Part shown: positions 18,719 through 32,000 of the stretch, piece after piece
Layout: every line of letters begins with the position of its first letter
Numbering within the stretch: the stretch's first letter is position 1
Source: an uncultured Gammaproteobacteria bacterium
Lineage (GTDB): Bacteria > Patescibacteriota > Patescibacteriia > UBA1558 > S5-K13
DNA: 64,000 nt
Assembly (NCBI GenBank): GCA_964640635.1
Contig: CAZXFD010000002.1
Span: 179,115-243,114 of the forward strand
Direction: 5' to 3'
Notes under the pieces: model-generated
Told to the model about the DNA's origin: nothing
The model's input: the letters and a program-made list of their open reading frames with translations, nothing else
Database searches by the model: none
Translations under genes and position numbers: made by a program

Positions 18719-20044
18719 CTATTTCAACTTCAATTTCCCAGCTATCTCTACGACATCTCTAAATAAAAATTGTCCTAGATTTATATCACCATAAACAATT
18801 GGGAAATATTTCTCTTGTCCTGACTTCTTAAATATATTTGCTATATACATTCCATACAAACCCGTTTCTCTTGGAGTAAGTGCAAACCTTGTAAACAAAA
18901 ATTGCAAATATAGACTCACCGTTTCAATACTGTCCAAATTGTTTGAAATGCTTGTAACAATATCTTCATCAAATTTCAAGAGTAGTGATTTTTTAAATTC
19001 AATAAACAAATTTTTATTATTCTTTATAAAAATATTTATAAGCTTATTTTTAGCAATAAAAACAACTGCTGAAATAAGTTTTTGTTTGTCTTTTGATCTT
19101 ATCATCTCATCAAATTCACCATAAAACTCATCCAAATTATTTTTGTATTTTTCAAACAATAACAAATCATTTTTTGTATTTGAAATACTCTTCTCAAAAG
19201 ATTTGTATTCTACAAGCAGTGCTTCTGCTGGATTTTGTTTCTTGACTACTGGTTCTGGAATTTTGACAGGAGTAGGTTGAACAAATACTTTGTTAACTGC
19301 AGAGACTGATCTATTTATATCAATATTATTAGAAATGTCATCGGTATTATCATTAATTATTTCTGTTTCTATGTCTTTTTTTATACCAAGCTTTGTAAAT
19401 TCTCCTTTGTTAAAATAATAAAGTTCCCCTGATTCATCTTCTATAATAAAATCATTTTCCATGCCCATTGGATCAAAAGAAGAAATACTTAATTTTCTAT
19501 AAAAATTTAATAAAATTTCAATTTTATTTTTTTCTTTATCGGGTAGAGCAAAAAAGTTTTTATCAGAATTAATAAATTTTGTAATGTTTAATGCATCTAT
19601 AAAACCACCTTCGGTAAATTGACCTCTAAAATATTTAAGCCAATTACTTATTGTAGGATCCTCTTGTATATTTCCTATATTTAAACTAGGTGTAGTAATT
19701 TTTAAATTCGATTCCCTAAGAGCGGTTTTTATTTTTGCTTTTAACTCATCTCTATCATCCAAATTTTCATAATTAGTAAGTAAATCATTCATTCTTGCTA
19801 ATATATCATAATTATCTATTTCAAAAACAACGTTAAAATGATTACTAATAAGGTCTAACACGTCATCTTCTTGCAATCTAGAAATTGCCAAATATCCTGT
19901 AACATGCTTCATATTGTATAAAGCTGGATCTTGTTGAGAAATATTTGTCTTTAAAAAATTCTTGATATCCAAAAATAACCTGTAAGCACTTACAATACTA
20001 TTATCATTTAATACATCATTAAATTGTTCTGAAAAATCTTGCAT
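18719..20044 (-). CDS. Hypothetical protein, downstream of the VirB6-like gene
   Basis: 441-aa ORF, 11 bp downstream of the upstream gene. Confidence 0.8.
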   Translation of the reverse strand: MQDFSEQFNDVLNDNSIVSAYRLFLDIKNFLKTNISQQDPALYNMKHVTGYLAISRLQEDDVLDLISNHFNVVFEIDNYDILARMNDLLTNYENLDDRDELKAKIKTALRESNLKITTPSLNIGNIQEDPTISNWLKYFRGQFTEGGFIDALNITKFINSDKNFFALPDKEKNKIEILLNFYRKLSISSFDPMGMENDFIIEDESGELYYFNKGEFTKLGIKKDIETEIINDNTDDISNNIDINRSVSAVNKVFVQPTPVKIPEPVVKKQNPAEALLVEYKSFEKSISNTKNDLLLFEKYKNNLDEFYGEFDEMIRSKDKQKLISAVVFIAKNKLINIFIKNNKNLFIEFKKSLLLKFDEDIVTSISNNLDSIETVSLYLQFLFTRFALTPRETGLYGMYIANIFKKSGQEKYFPIVYGDINLGQFLFRDVVEIAGKLKLK

Positions 20045-20055
20045 AATATTTAAAT

Positions 20056-22983
20056 CTAGGATTTACTACGTTTATTAATTACATCTAATAATTTTGGTGC
20101 CTGCTTGCTCAATTCCTTTGTAAAAATGTCACTCATTAAAACTTTTAAAATCTTCGGATTAAATGGGGTCTTTCCATCGTTTATAAGATCTATCAAATTT
20201 CTTTGATGCTTAACTAATTGTTGAATCATGTCGGGACTTACATTATTACCAACGGTATAAGAAGAAACGTGCATTTTTCTAAACAATTCTAATGTTTCTT
20301 TTCCACTATATATTATATCTATTACTTTTTTCTGAGTCTCATCTTTCCAGTGGACTGTCATATCGCTTTTACTACGAATATCTGCGCCGGGCTCGAATCC
20401 TACATTAGACCGCATCTTTCCGTCAATTCCAGTAACAGCCATTTTATCATATTTTAGATTATACTGTCCAGCCTCTTTAGAAATATTATTGGCCATCAAA
20501 GCTAATTGTTCTTCTATTCTTTTATTTGATCCTTTAAGTAGTTGTCTATCTACTACCATTTCTCTTCTTAAAAACTCCATCAATCCTTTACTAGACTTTT
20601 CATATCCAAATTTCTCTAAAATTGCTTCTAAATTATAATCCTTTGCTGCTTTCTGCATAACAACATTAACTTCTGCTATATTCCCACTTGCAAGAGCTTG
20701 ACTTATAGCCGGCACTTGATCTTTATCAAGACTTCCTAAGTTAGCATATTTAGCTTCTGCCTTTCTATTTTCTGCATCACTAACAATTTTACTAGACTCC
20801 TCTTTATTAAGTAGGTTATTCTGTAAAACTTCTTGTTGTTGTAAATCCGTTTCCTTTGTAAAAACTTCTTTCTGTTCTGATAAATATATTTTATTATCAT
20901 GCAAATCTGAAGATGTAACTGTAGTTTTCTTATCTAGATCATTTAGTTCCACCTCTCTTTTAGCAAAAGTATTTATAGCGTCTTGACTCTTCTTTTTTCT
21001 TTCTGATCCACTTATCGTTCTATCACTTTTAATACCCTCTAAAATAGAATTTAAATCATCTGCCATAGATCTTTTTTCTGCAGCAATAATATCTTTAATA
21101 AAAGTCTGTGTGCCACCCCTAGTGCTCATATCCTTAGACAACTCTATCTTCTCTTTAATTTGTTTACTCTCATTTATAAATTTTTGTAAGTCAGCCTCTT
21201 TTAGCTCTATTTGTTTTTCAATACTTTGCTTATCAGCGGCAGTTTTAGCTTTCCCCTTCTTTTTAGTCAATGCTTGAATTTCGAATTGAGCATCTCTAAT
21301 CTCTAAATCCTTATTTACTTGATCTGTTACTAATGCTGTTTCTTCTACTTTTGTTCCCACGACTCCCAAATCCAAGGCTCTTTTAACTCTGTCATTTAAT
21401 TCAATCCTCTTATCAATTTTACCAGAAGTTTCGGTCATCTTATCAATGCTTGTAACACGAGAATCTATAACACTCTTTCTTTTATTACCAAAAACAGCAG
21501 CTGCATACATTTTGCCCCATCCACCAAAAGTTCTTTCATTTTTTTCTCTTTCTGCCTTTGATGCGCCTGTTTTTCCATACCAAACTTTTCCAAAGTTAGA
21601 ATCATTAAACCCATCAACGGCATGTTTTTGTACCGCATCTTTTCTTTCTTTAACTCTATCTTTTCTATCCACATCTATCCTTTCTTTTCTAAGTTGATTT
21701 GCATATGTTCCTGGAATATATTGACCTACCCCAGTTTTACTTACAGCAGAATTCAAAGGATCTACAATGCCTCTTTTCAAAGATCCACCCACTCTTCTAG
21801 TAACACCTCTTTGCATACTCTTTACACCTCTCTTTACATATCCGCTCATCTTCTTCGTCATATTCCCCGCAATATTTCCTCCAGCAACACCAGACTCCTG
21901 AGCAATTTTCATTGACGTTATAAGAAGAGCAATAACTACAACATAATCAAACATATCGTCAATAGTAACAATAGAACTAGCCCCTATTACTTCTGACCCC
22001 TTTGTATTAGCGCCCTTAGTCATGCCCGCTACAATACTCCCACTTTGTGGATTTTCTGGACTTTGTGATCTTTGTATTGTAAGAAGTGACAAATAAAGAA
22101 AAAATGCGAGGACTGGTCCTGTCGTAAGCTGTTTTCCAAACTCAGTCCACCATCTGGAAGAGTATTTACTTCCAAAAGGAGTGCCTTGAAGAAAAAACGC
22201 CATTGGAGACAAAACAACAAGAACCCAAATATACACAATTCTCCAAACCAGTATCACAACAAACATCAAAAGTATTGAAGAAAGAATGACAAGCATAGCA
22301 AGTCCCAGGCCTGCCGTTGTAACTGCCGCTAAGGCTGCATTAAATTCATTATCTCCCTCAAGCTTACTCACAGCAGCATAGTCAAAGTTAAAAACTTTAT
22401 CCAAATGAAGTCCATAAATAATATTTCCTGATGCAATATCTTTGAATCCATTTACGAATGTAAGCATTACAACTTGAGAAAAATCTATCATAAGACCCAC
22501 TATTGTTTTTGAAAAATTTATTATAACAGCGGTCATTATTAATTTGCCGAGCCATTTCTTGTAAGAATATGCTTCATAATTTATTATTGTAGAAAATGCA
22601 ATGACAAGAAGGACTAATATAAAAAACATATTACAAATATCTCTAGTTATCTTCCATCCTTCATCTACGGCAGTGACTCCTTTTGAAAACTTGGTCCATT
22701 GAGCAAATGAAACAAACAATTGTAATTCAAGTTTAATAATTTCCCCTACTAAAGCTGCTAAAACACCTATAAGAGCCACTACTATATTTGCTACACCAGC
22801 ATAAAATACATTTGCATTTACAAAAAGCGGTGACACAAGCAAAATGGCAACCACAAAAACAGAAGACCCTACAAAAATCTTTCTTTTCTTTGATAACAAA
22901 TTCCATGATAACAAAAACTTTTGAAATATTTTTTTCAATCTATAATTCCACAGCGCTAAAGTTTTCTTAAATAATTTTTTCAT
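20056..22983 (-). CDS. TrbL/VirB6-like polytopic membrane protein with long charged C-terminal extension
   Basis: GWKITRDICNMFFILVLLVIAF, INFSK...IDFS, RIVYIW.LVVLSP.AF, WW..F motifs; about 600-aa soluble K/E-rich tail. Confidence 0.7.
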   Translation of the reverse strand: MKKLFKKTLALWNYRLKKIFQKFLLSWNLLSKKRKIFVGSSVFVVAILLVSPLFVNANVFYAGVANIVVALIGVLAALVGEIIKLELQLFVSFAQWTKFSKGVTAVDEGWKITRDICNMFFILVLLVIAFSTIINYEAYSYKKWLGKLIMTAVIINFSKTIVGLMIDFSQVVMLTFVNGFKDIASGNIIYGLHLDKVFNFDYAAVSKLEGDNEFNAALAAVTTAGLGLAMLVILSSILLMFVVILVWRIVYIWVLVVLSPMAFFLQGTPFGSKYSSRWWTEFGKQLTTGPVLAFFLYLSLLTIQRSQSPENPQSGSIVAGMTKGANTKGSEVIGASSIVTIDDMFDYVVVIALLITSMKIAQESGVAGGNIAGNMTKKMSGYVKRGVKSMQRGVTRRVGGSLKRGIVDPLNSAVSKTGVGQYIPGTYANQLRKERIDVDRKDRVKERKDAVQKHAVDGFNDSNFGKVWYGKTGASKAEREKNERTFGGWGKMYAAAVFGNKRKSVIDSRVTSIDKMTETSGKIDKRIELNDRVKRALDLGVVGTKVEETALVTDQVNKDLEIRDAQFEIQALTKKKGKAKTAADKQSIEKQIELKEADLQKFINESKQIKEKIELSKDMSTRGGTQTFIKDIIAAEKRSMADDLNSILEGIKSDRTISGSERKKKSQDAINTFAKREVELNDLDKKTTVTSSDLHDNKIYLSEQKEVFTKETDLQQQEVLQNNLLNKEESSKIVSDAENRKAEAKYANLGSLDKDQVPAISQALASGNIAEVNVVMQKAAKDYNLEAILEKFGYEKSSKGLMEFLRREMVVDRQLLKGSNKRIEEQLALMANNISKEAGQYNLKYDKMAVTGIDGKMRSNVGFEPGADIRSKSDMTVHWKDETQKKVIDIIYSGKETLELFRKMHVSSYTVGNNVSPDMIQQLVKHQRNLIDLINDGKTPFNPKILKVLMSDIFTKELSKQAPKLLDVINKRSKS

Positions 22984-23058
22984 TTACTTTTGTATAAATT
23001 ACAATACTCAATTCCCAATAACCAATATACAGAAATTAGAGTATTGATTATTCTTTTG

Positions 23059-26000
23059 TTATTGTGGGTATATTTTTATTGAACATGTATCAGCTCCACA
23101 CATATAGGTTCCCTTGCTTTTACCCCAGCTATCTGTAATTTGTAAATATGGTGTATATTTACAACATCCCCTTCCATTTCCACAATTATCTAACCATGTA
23201 TCGCTCATAGGGCTACAAGAATATAAATGTGAAAATGTTAAATAGCTTTTTTCATCGCCAATGTCTTCTTTACAAGCATCTTCATGATCTCCCCATGTTT
23301 TAGCAAAACACTGCATACCACTTGGACAAAGAACATTTTCTCCACACTCCGCACCCCATGTATTAGCACTTGTAGATGGAAAAGCTTGTTTATAGGTTAC
23401 TCCACATCTTCTTATACAATCAGGTTTACGATTTTTAAATGGACCTGCAACAGTAAAACAATCTCCATTTTCAGAATTACTATCCCAACAAATTTTTATT
23501 TCTCTTATTGGAGTTTGATTTGGCACTGCATAAGCATAAAAAGAAATATCTATGTTGGTATTATTTTTTCCAACTACAACATAATCCTTTGCTGGATTTC
23601 GATTAATAGAAAATCCTTCATTGCCCTCTCCGCCACCATCAGAAACTGATTTTACAGATCTAATTACAGGATTTTCACCACCAACAACATTCCAATTAAT
23701 ACTATTATCTTGTAACCACTCGACTCCATTAAAAGTTTTGAGATTACTATTCGGAATACCGACTATTAATTGCCCCAAATTAGTTTTTGCTTGCGCTATA
23801 TCATTTCCATAATACCCTGGAAACACACTACTAAAACCACCTGATACAAATATTGGATCTTGACTTGTACCAACAGCAGCTCCAAAACTTGGGTGTAAAG
23901 AATTAGCCACCCAAGAAGCAGAGTTTGTAGGCCCAACTTGTAAAATCATTTTATTATTTCTAGCGAAACCAGAAATACCATAGGAGGAAGATGATCCAGA
24001 CAACATAGACGGACAAAATATATCAGATGCTAGAGGGTCTTTACAAAATTCTCGCCATCCATCTATAGCTATTGCTGGTAATGTAGCGGTAGTAAATTTT
24101 TCAATAGAAATAGTATTTAAATAAAAATTATTTGCTTTAAACTTTACAGAACCATCTAAAATAGCAGAAGTTTTGCAACTCTTTAAACACTTATCATTTG
24201 CACAACTAGTTAGCATAGATTGTGTTCCTGATTGATTGAATATGCTACAAGTATTACAATCAGAATTTCCAAAACGCAAACAATCTTGATCAAAAAGTGG
24301 ATTAGGATTATTGCTATTAGGAAGCATGCGATTTTTTTGACAACCATCTGGACAACAACCATTTTTTCTATTTTCACATTTTCTTGTGCCATCAATATTG
24401 CGACAAGCACTATAAGGAATTTCTGCCGACCTACAATCCGCTACATTATTATATAACAATGGAGATCTTGGATCTTGATAATTATTAATATCATTTCCAA
24501 AACATCTTACAATCTCGCTTTCTAAACTTGGATATATATACGATGCGATCCCTGTGCTTGAATAAGGATCTCTATATATAGAACAAGAATGTGATATATT
24601 GTCTAATTGGTTAATAATTTCAAAGTGTGCAACAATATCACAAGATGTATCAAACTCATTGGGTGTTTGACTTTTACATAAACCAACATTAAAACTTCTA
24701 GGACCAGAAGGATTAGTGTTTTGTCCACCAAATTGATTAACTAGAGTTGCATACACAGATGTAGATGAAGAATTTCTAAGACATCCTCTTCCAAAGCTAA
24801 AATCTCCGGATTCAATAGGATCATACTTACAGTCTTTACCACATTTGCCAGTACGACTTGGCATTGGATTAACTCCTGAATCATTTATATAGTAACCATA
24901 AGTTCTAGGATTACAAGAAAGACTTTTCATGCGACGAGTATGTCCCATATTCGTCCAACCACAATGATCACCTTCCCATTCACGATAGCTTATCTGATGA
25001 GTATCTGTGGGACACACAGGAGTATCTGGCCAATCACCATTACAAGATTCTAAATATATATTGGTAGAATTTGAAAACTCAATATCATATGCATAAATAA
25101 GCATAGGCATAGATACTGATCCTACAAAAATATCATCAAAACTATCTGATAAATTTGCATTTGCTGTTAACCCAAATTGATCGCCAGAAAACATTCCGCC
25201 CAAAGCATTATCTTTTACTATTATGCTAGCTTGCCCTTGCACATCAAAATTAAGCTCGCTTCTTGTTTTATAATTGGTCAGCCAATATGTATTGCTACCA
25301 ATATTATTGGCACTAATCATTGAATCGTTTGGCACCAATACTAGTTTAATACACTGGTTACTTGCATCTGTTTGCAGACAATATATTCTATCTTCTGTAG
25401 TTTTATAATTATTTCCTACAATACACATCGTGGCACCCTCTGTAAGTTTAGAAACGATATCTGCTTGAGGGGCATAAGATGTAGAATCAACTTCTCCAGA
25501 TATTGCATCCACTGGATACCAGGAAAGACATCTATAATTCAAATTGCTTGGATCATTATATGATGTTTTATAGCCTGTATTTATAAATCTAGACTTATCG
25601 TAGTCAAGACAGAACCCAAACCATCCCATATTTTTTGCAATTTTTTTAATTTTCATTGTACTCGTTGTGATACCATCATTTGACGTCTCTATTGTATTTG
25701 GAATATCTATACCTTCATAAGGATAAAAAAGTGTTTCCATTCCATAATTTACACTCCTATAACTACAATCACTTGACTGTCCTTGATTCAAAACATTTGA
25801 CTCTCCAGGCTTTAGGGCACCATAAGATGGCTGAGAAATATTTGCATTTGCAAATGCTGAATCTTTTCCAGTAATTATTGCATATTTACTTCCTGCGCCA
25901 TTTAATTCATAATTTAAAACCATACTATTATTTGGCGTCCAAGAGAAAGGAGAGTCTTTTTCTGGATAAAGTCTACAAGACTTTAGACTAGAAATATTTA

Positions 26001-29000
26001 TTATACCAGCAGTATCTGCAATACTAGAGAGTGGATTTGTATATGAAATACCATCTTTATATAAATACTGTCCTCTTTTTATAATATGGCCTAGATTATA
26101 TGTAGACATACTAGAAGATGTCGTTTTATATGTACTTAGTGAATGAGGGGCATAAGCGCCTGGCATAGAATATCCACTATAGATCATATTAGACCATGAT
26201 CCAGAACCTAAGTCAGAATAATATTTTTCCAAATTAAGAGCCTTATCATTTTGATTTTTTGGAATATAGTTTGCACAATCTCCTGATGAGGAAAGATTAT
26301 TACATCCAATAAGTGAAACACAAGAGTATTTATCCTGTCCTTCAGTATCTACTGTTTTTATTTTTGATGAACATGTATCCCATTCTCCACACTCTCTATC
26401 TCTTACAACTTTTAGAAGTTCGTTGGAATCATTATTGTAGCTTGGATCATTTGAATTGATACCAACAAGAGATCCATTTTCATAACTTCTTAAAGCATTG
26501 GACGATAGGTTTGATTTAGAAAGATTATTAAATAACACGCAACCATCTTTTACACTTGCCTTACTACAGCTTGTTTTATCAAGCTCTTCATTATCTATAT
26601 AGTAATAATTACCCTCCATTTTCTCAAACCTAATATCTTTTAATTTTACTACTGCACCACTTTTACCTTTCACATAAAATGCAACATTACAATAATTAGC
26701 ACCTGGCAAGATTTTATATAGCCCCGATATTTGATGCGATTTATTATCTGATTCCTGTATAAAATAATTTGCCTTCGTAAATGGAAATGCGTATGGAATT
26801 GAACCAGATATAACACCCCCCTTAGGATTATTATTTTCCCCACCGACTACACTGTCTTCAACGTATGATATTGCTCCATCTTGACCTCTTGGACCACAGC
26901 TTAAAAATGTGCTTATATACTCTTTACCATCAGTGGTCAAGCCATCAAACTCTACATTAGCACTCAATCTATAAACAGCATTTTCACTAACAGAAAAGCC
27001 AAAAGGATTACTTTTTGAAGCCTTATAGATAATAGTATTTTTATCTGAGATATTAAAAGAAAGAACATTGTTCACACTTGAAGCCAACAAATTACTTACA
27101 TTTTCAAATTGTCCGTTTTGCCAATTTGCCGAACTCCAAGAACCAGAATTTGTAAAATTGATTTGCTGATGTGTTGCATTTGTAGCTTCTATAGATAAAT
27201 CTTTTGAATCTGTTGGATCTATAAACATAGAACACTTATTTTGATTACTATTACAAGAAACTGAGTAATCGTTGTTGTAGCCTCCAAATGGAGCAATGCC
27301 ACTATCGATATAACTTATATCACTGAGTAATAAATTATAGTTTTCATTATAAATACTTCCTTCACAAGAGATATTGGCATCATTTACATTATAGTATCCC
27401 GCAGCTCTACCGTTTGATGCGTCTGCTTCTTTATACTCGCAAACCTTGTCTCGAGGATGAATTTTATAAATTGTTCCACCACCAGAAACTGAAAACGCCG
27501 AACAATCTCTAAATTCAGAAAGACACAAAATTTTATTACTAGATCCAAAATAATCATCTTGTATATAATTATCTGGATTATTTATTTTGTATACATCTTG
27601 ATATTTACCGTCATCTCCCTTAAATCCAAATGCACTACACCCTTTGTTTGAAGATGCGCATAAATTATTTCTTTCTTTTATAATATATACTAGTCTATCT
27701 TTAGAAACTACTATTGTACTACTAGAGAAATTTCCGGAATTTATGTTTGAATAATTTTTATAGTATGTTCTTCCATTAGAACATTCTCCGCCAGAACTAT
27801 TTGAACAATATGCATTATAGGTTTGTTGAAATGGCATTTCTGAGTTTTGTGTATCTATCATAGCACTACAGCCAACATTCTTTTCATTACATGTATTTGT
27901 AAATTGATGAAAATACCAAGGATTATTATCTCTATCAGAATATTTTTGACATCCTAAATATCCTCTACACGTTGCAGGAGTTACCCAAGAATCTTTGATT
28001 TTGTAAAAATCACTTGTAATTTCTTTTAAGCTTATATTATCTATAAAAAATGTTTTATAATCATCTGGTAATGTTATTGAGAATTTCAATATATAATCCC
28101 CACTTGCTGAAGTTTCTAAGTCACGCCAATTATATTTATACTGCAACCATTCTTGATTATTTTCTAATTGCATCAATCCAAAATCAAGATTATTTACATT
28201 CAAAGCATGGGCTTTAAATAATTTAATTGGATTTAAATTGAGAAATTCTATAGCTGGCTTTGTTTTTTGTTGGGCGGTATCGTGATTATTATTATTTGGA
28301 TTATTATCGTTTGAACTTTTTGCCCAAAAATCAAGAGTATATCTTTTACCAGGAATAAGTGTCTCTCCATTTTGAGTCAAGTTGTATTCTATAGAAACCG
28401 TATTACCAGAGGAAGAATAAACTACCATAGAATGACCATTATACACAGTGGACTCATTACTTGGTGCCTTACTTCCTCCAAAAACTTCCCCCAGAAAAAC
28501 GCCTGAGGGTTCAAAATCTTCAAACAAAACACTTCTTATATTATTTCCATTATTACCCTTATATCTACGACATCCTACGCTTGTTGCACTACATTTTGTA
28601 CTCATAGATGGCACAGCTCTATAGACAACACTAGATCCATCAGATGCTTCTCTTCTTAAATCAATACAACTATCTGTTACCGGAATGGTTTTTGAAAGAA
28701 GTCTATTGTGCGGCTGGGCATCTTTATCATAGAAGGTTCGACAATCTAAATTTGTATTTGGATCACATTGTCCCTCCCCTTCTACATCGGCAAGACCTAT
28801 GTCAGAACAAGTGCTTGTTGCCCCTATTTCAACATTTGTACAAGGTGCCTCACTTTTATTACTCTTTAAAAACCTCCACGTCTTAAGCTGGAATCCACTT
28901 GTATCGGAGCCTTCCCATGTATAATAAATAGTTGATGAAACTGCAGATGGTTTTACGCACTGTCTTAAGTAGCTATAATATTCCCTTGCTTCACCACCCT

Positions 29001-32000
29001 TATTTGCTTTATCAACATTCGTAAACAACTCACAAGACTCTTGTGACGGAGAACAATCTTTTGCAGACCCTGAAATAAAATCTTTATTTTCTAGCCCTAC
29101 AATGCCAGAATTACTTTCAAGAATTTCAAAATAACTTGGATATTGTGAAAATGTTTGATAATTATTACACTCAGATGGACAAATATCTTCTTGAGATACT
29201 ATACCCGACACTATTTGATCCCCATTTTCAGGTTTATATGCCTCACAACCAAGATCGTCTTTGCTACAATATTTAGAATAATTAGCACAACTTACATCTG
29301 GATTTGCAGAATTACAATTATAATAACTTGGGGCTTTTTTCATATGCAAAATACCCTTTTCACCATAATTGTTATACATACTAGGAACACCCACTCCACT
29401 TGAAACATTAGATGCATCATAATTATTCAATTCAAATTGCACTGCATCTATGTAAACGTCTCCACTTACTGCAAATTTAATACTTGCGCCCGATGAATTA
29501 CCATTTACTCCAAAATATCCCGACTTCATTTCCCATTGAGATTCCCCACTAGAGTAATTTGCATCAGTATTAGTAATAGATTCCCCATTTAAAATCAAGC
29601 TTGGGGTAACACTTACCACATCACTCGATCTTAATTTTTTTACTCTATAACTAAGCGTATATAAACCTTTATTTAAAATATTAAAATCTGAATTACTTAT
29701 ATCCAATTTAAGAATACTGTCTCCTTTTGTATGTAGAATAGAGTACCTGCCATCAAAAGCTTCTGTAGTTGTTGTCATAAAATTTGGAGCATCCCATCCA
29801 TCTGGAATCATATCTTCGTTTTCATCTATTTCAAAACTTGGATTTGGAACAAGATTAAGTCCTGGAATAATTTCTATAAATTTTGAACATCCTTCATTAC
29901 CTTTATCACAAGATAATACATTTTTGTTGAAATAATTAAAGTCTGTTGTTGCCCAAACATAATTTCCTTCGGCATTTTTTGTTTTATATTTGGAATATTC
30001 TTTACATCCTGCTTCATCTGGTGGACAAGATTTTAGCGTATCTAGTATATAAGATTTTTCTTTGCCCGCATCATCTTTTAGAGCTACGCATCCTGCGGAT
30101 TTTTCATCACATTTTCTTCCTCTAAATTTCCATATATTTTTTTCTTTGAGACAATATCCATATCCCAAACAGTTTCCATTATCATCTTCTTTGAGACAAT
30201 TTTTTACATCCGCACAATCTTTGTATCTATTTGGTGACTCTGCTGACTCAAGAGCAGAATAGTATCCTTCTGAAGCACATTGTTGTTTTGGGGCTTTTAG
30301 AACCCAATTTGGATCTACAAGTCTACAGAATGGAGACTCGTCTTTTTCTTTCACAACACATCCTCCATATATCCACTCATGATAAAAAGTCTCTTCATAG
30401 CTATTATTACAAGTAGTTTCATTGTTCAAAGCAACTGCCGTTTCTATTTCTTTTGAAACAACGACGCCCTCACTATCGATATTATACTTCATACAATATC
30501 CTTGAGCATTTCCAGTCCCAACCCATTTTACATCAATAGTGGATGCATCCACCCCAAGCATTCCTGCAGCATTACAATTTGCAGCTGAGGTAATATTAAT
30601 ATTGTAAGGGGCGAGACTTACAGATCTATATCCACAATAATTGTCCTTTATGGTTTCATTACCCCTCTTAAAAGTTCCTGTTTTATCATATCCTTCCATG
30701 ACAGAAACTAGCTTACATCCCCTACTATCACATCCTGCTGGATAATTATCTGGGTTTAGTTTGGCTACTTTAAGGGCTGCAAATTCCCAACCCACAGGAA
30801 CAACTCTATTTTTTCTAAGTTTCTTTATGTTGTCATAAGAGTAGCCCTCATCAAGCATTGGTTGTCTAATCGAGGTGCCTATATCTATATAACCAATAAA
30901 TTTATTTCCATCTAAAAGATTTTCATCAATTGCTTCTTTGGTGGTAAGTGGTTCTGTTTCAGCACGTCTAAGCACGTCTGCAAATTTTGAGTCTATTGTT
31001 TTGTTGTTCATTTTTCCCATAAACTCATCACCCATATCCATTTCCATCTCAGCTATAAGATTTATATCTCGTGGATTAATATTCATAGAGATTCTGTTTA
31101 TAGTTGAAAAAATTTCATCAATTATACCCGTTTTACTGCCCACAAAAGATCCAGATCCATCTGCCAAATCTGCTTGTGGCGCTTTTTCTTTCATCAAATT
31201 TTGAATAAGTGTATTTAGGCCCTTACTTACAAGAGTATTTAAAAATATATTTGCCGAATCAACTAGAATATCCTCCGTTCTAAGTTTTGCAGCATCTTCA
31301 TTTCTTTTTTGGATATTAATAAGCTCTTGTTTTGTTAATTCTGCTGGAACTATTAAAGATTTAGTAATAAGGGACCTTTTACCTTTTGGAGAATCTCCTG
31401 CAGTTATATTTGCTACTGTATCAGCATCTGCTTTTTTTACCGCATCCTTAGCTGCCTGCACAGCATCTTGAACAAAATTTGTATCACTTTTTTGAAATGA
31501 AATAGTATCCTTCAAAAGTTCTGCCTGTAATTGCCTTCTTTGATCTGGAGTTAGTTTTGAATTTACAATTGAAGATGTAGGAATACCAAATTTTGAAAGA
31601 TCATATCCCGTAGTTTTTAATACATCCATCAAAGATGAATCATTTAAACTTATTATACTAAGCGGATTAGTAAGTTGAGTTGCAAAATCTCCCCATTTTT
31701 TCTTTAACTCGTCCAAAGAACATCTTGGCTTCATAGACGCTACATCCGTATCTTTCAAATTTAATTTCAAAGAAAGTGCCAAATTAATAGGTAAATCCAT
31801 TGTTGGTGGCTGACATATATTTATTCCATATCCTGAAGCCAAATTATCCAAAAACTCAGCACCAGCCGCTTCTCCTGCAAGTCTTGCTTCATCAACAATA
31901 AGTTTTGTAAACCACTGAGGCTTACCACCTGCATCTCCCGTTGCTATTTGAGTTGCTGCTTTGTATGCAAGCTGATTTGAAAAAGATTGAAATGCTCTCA

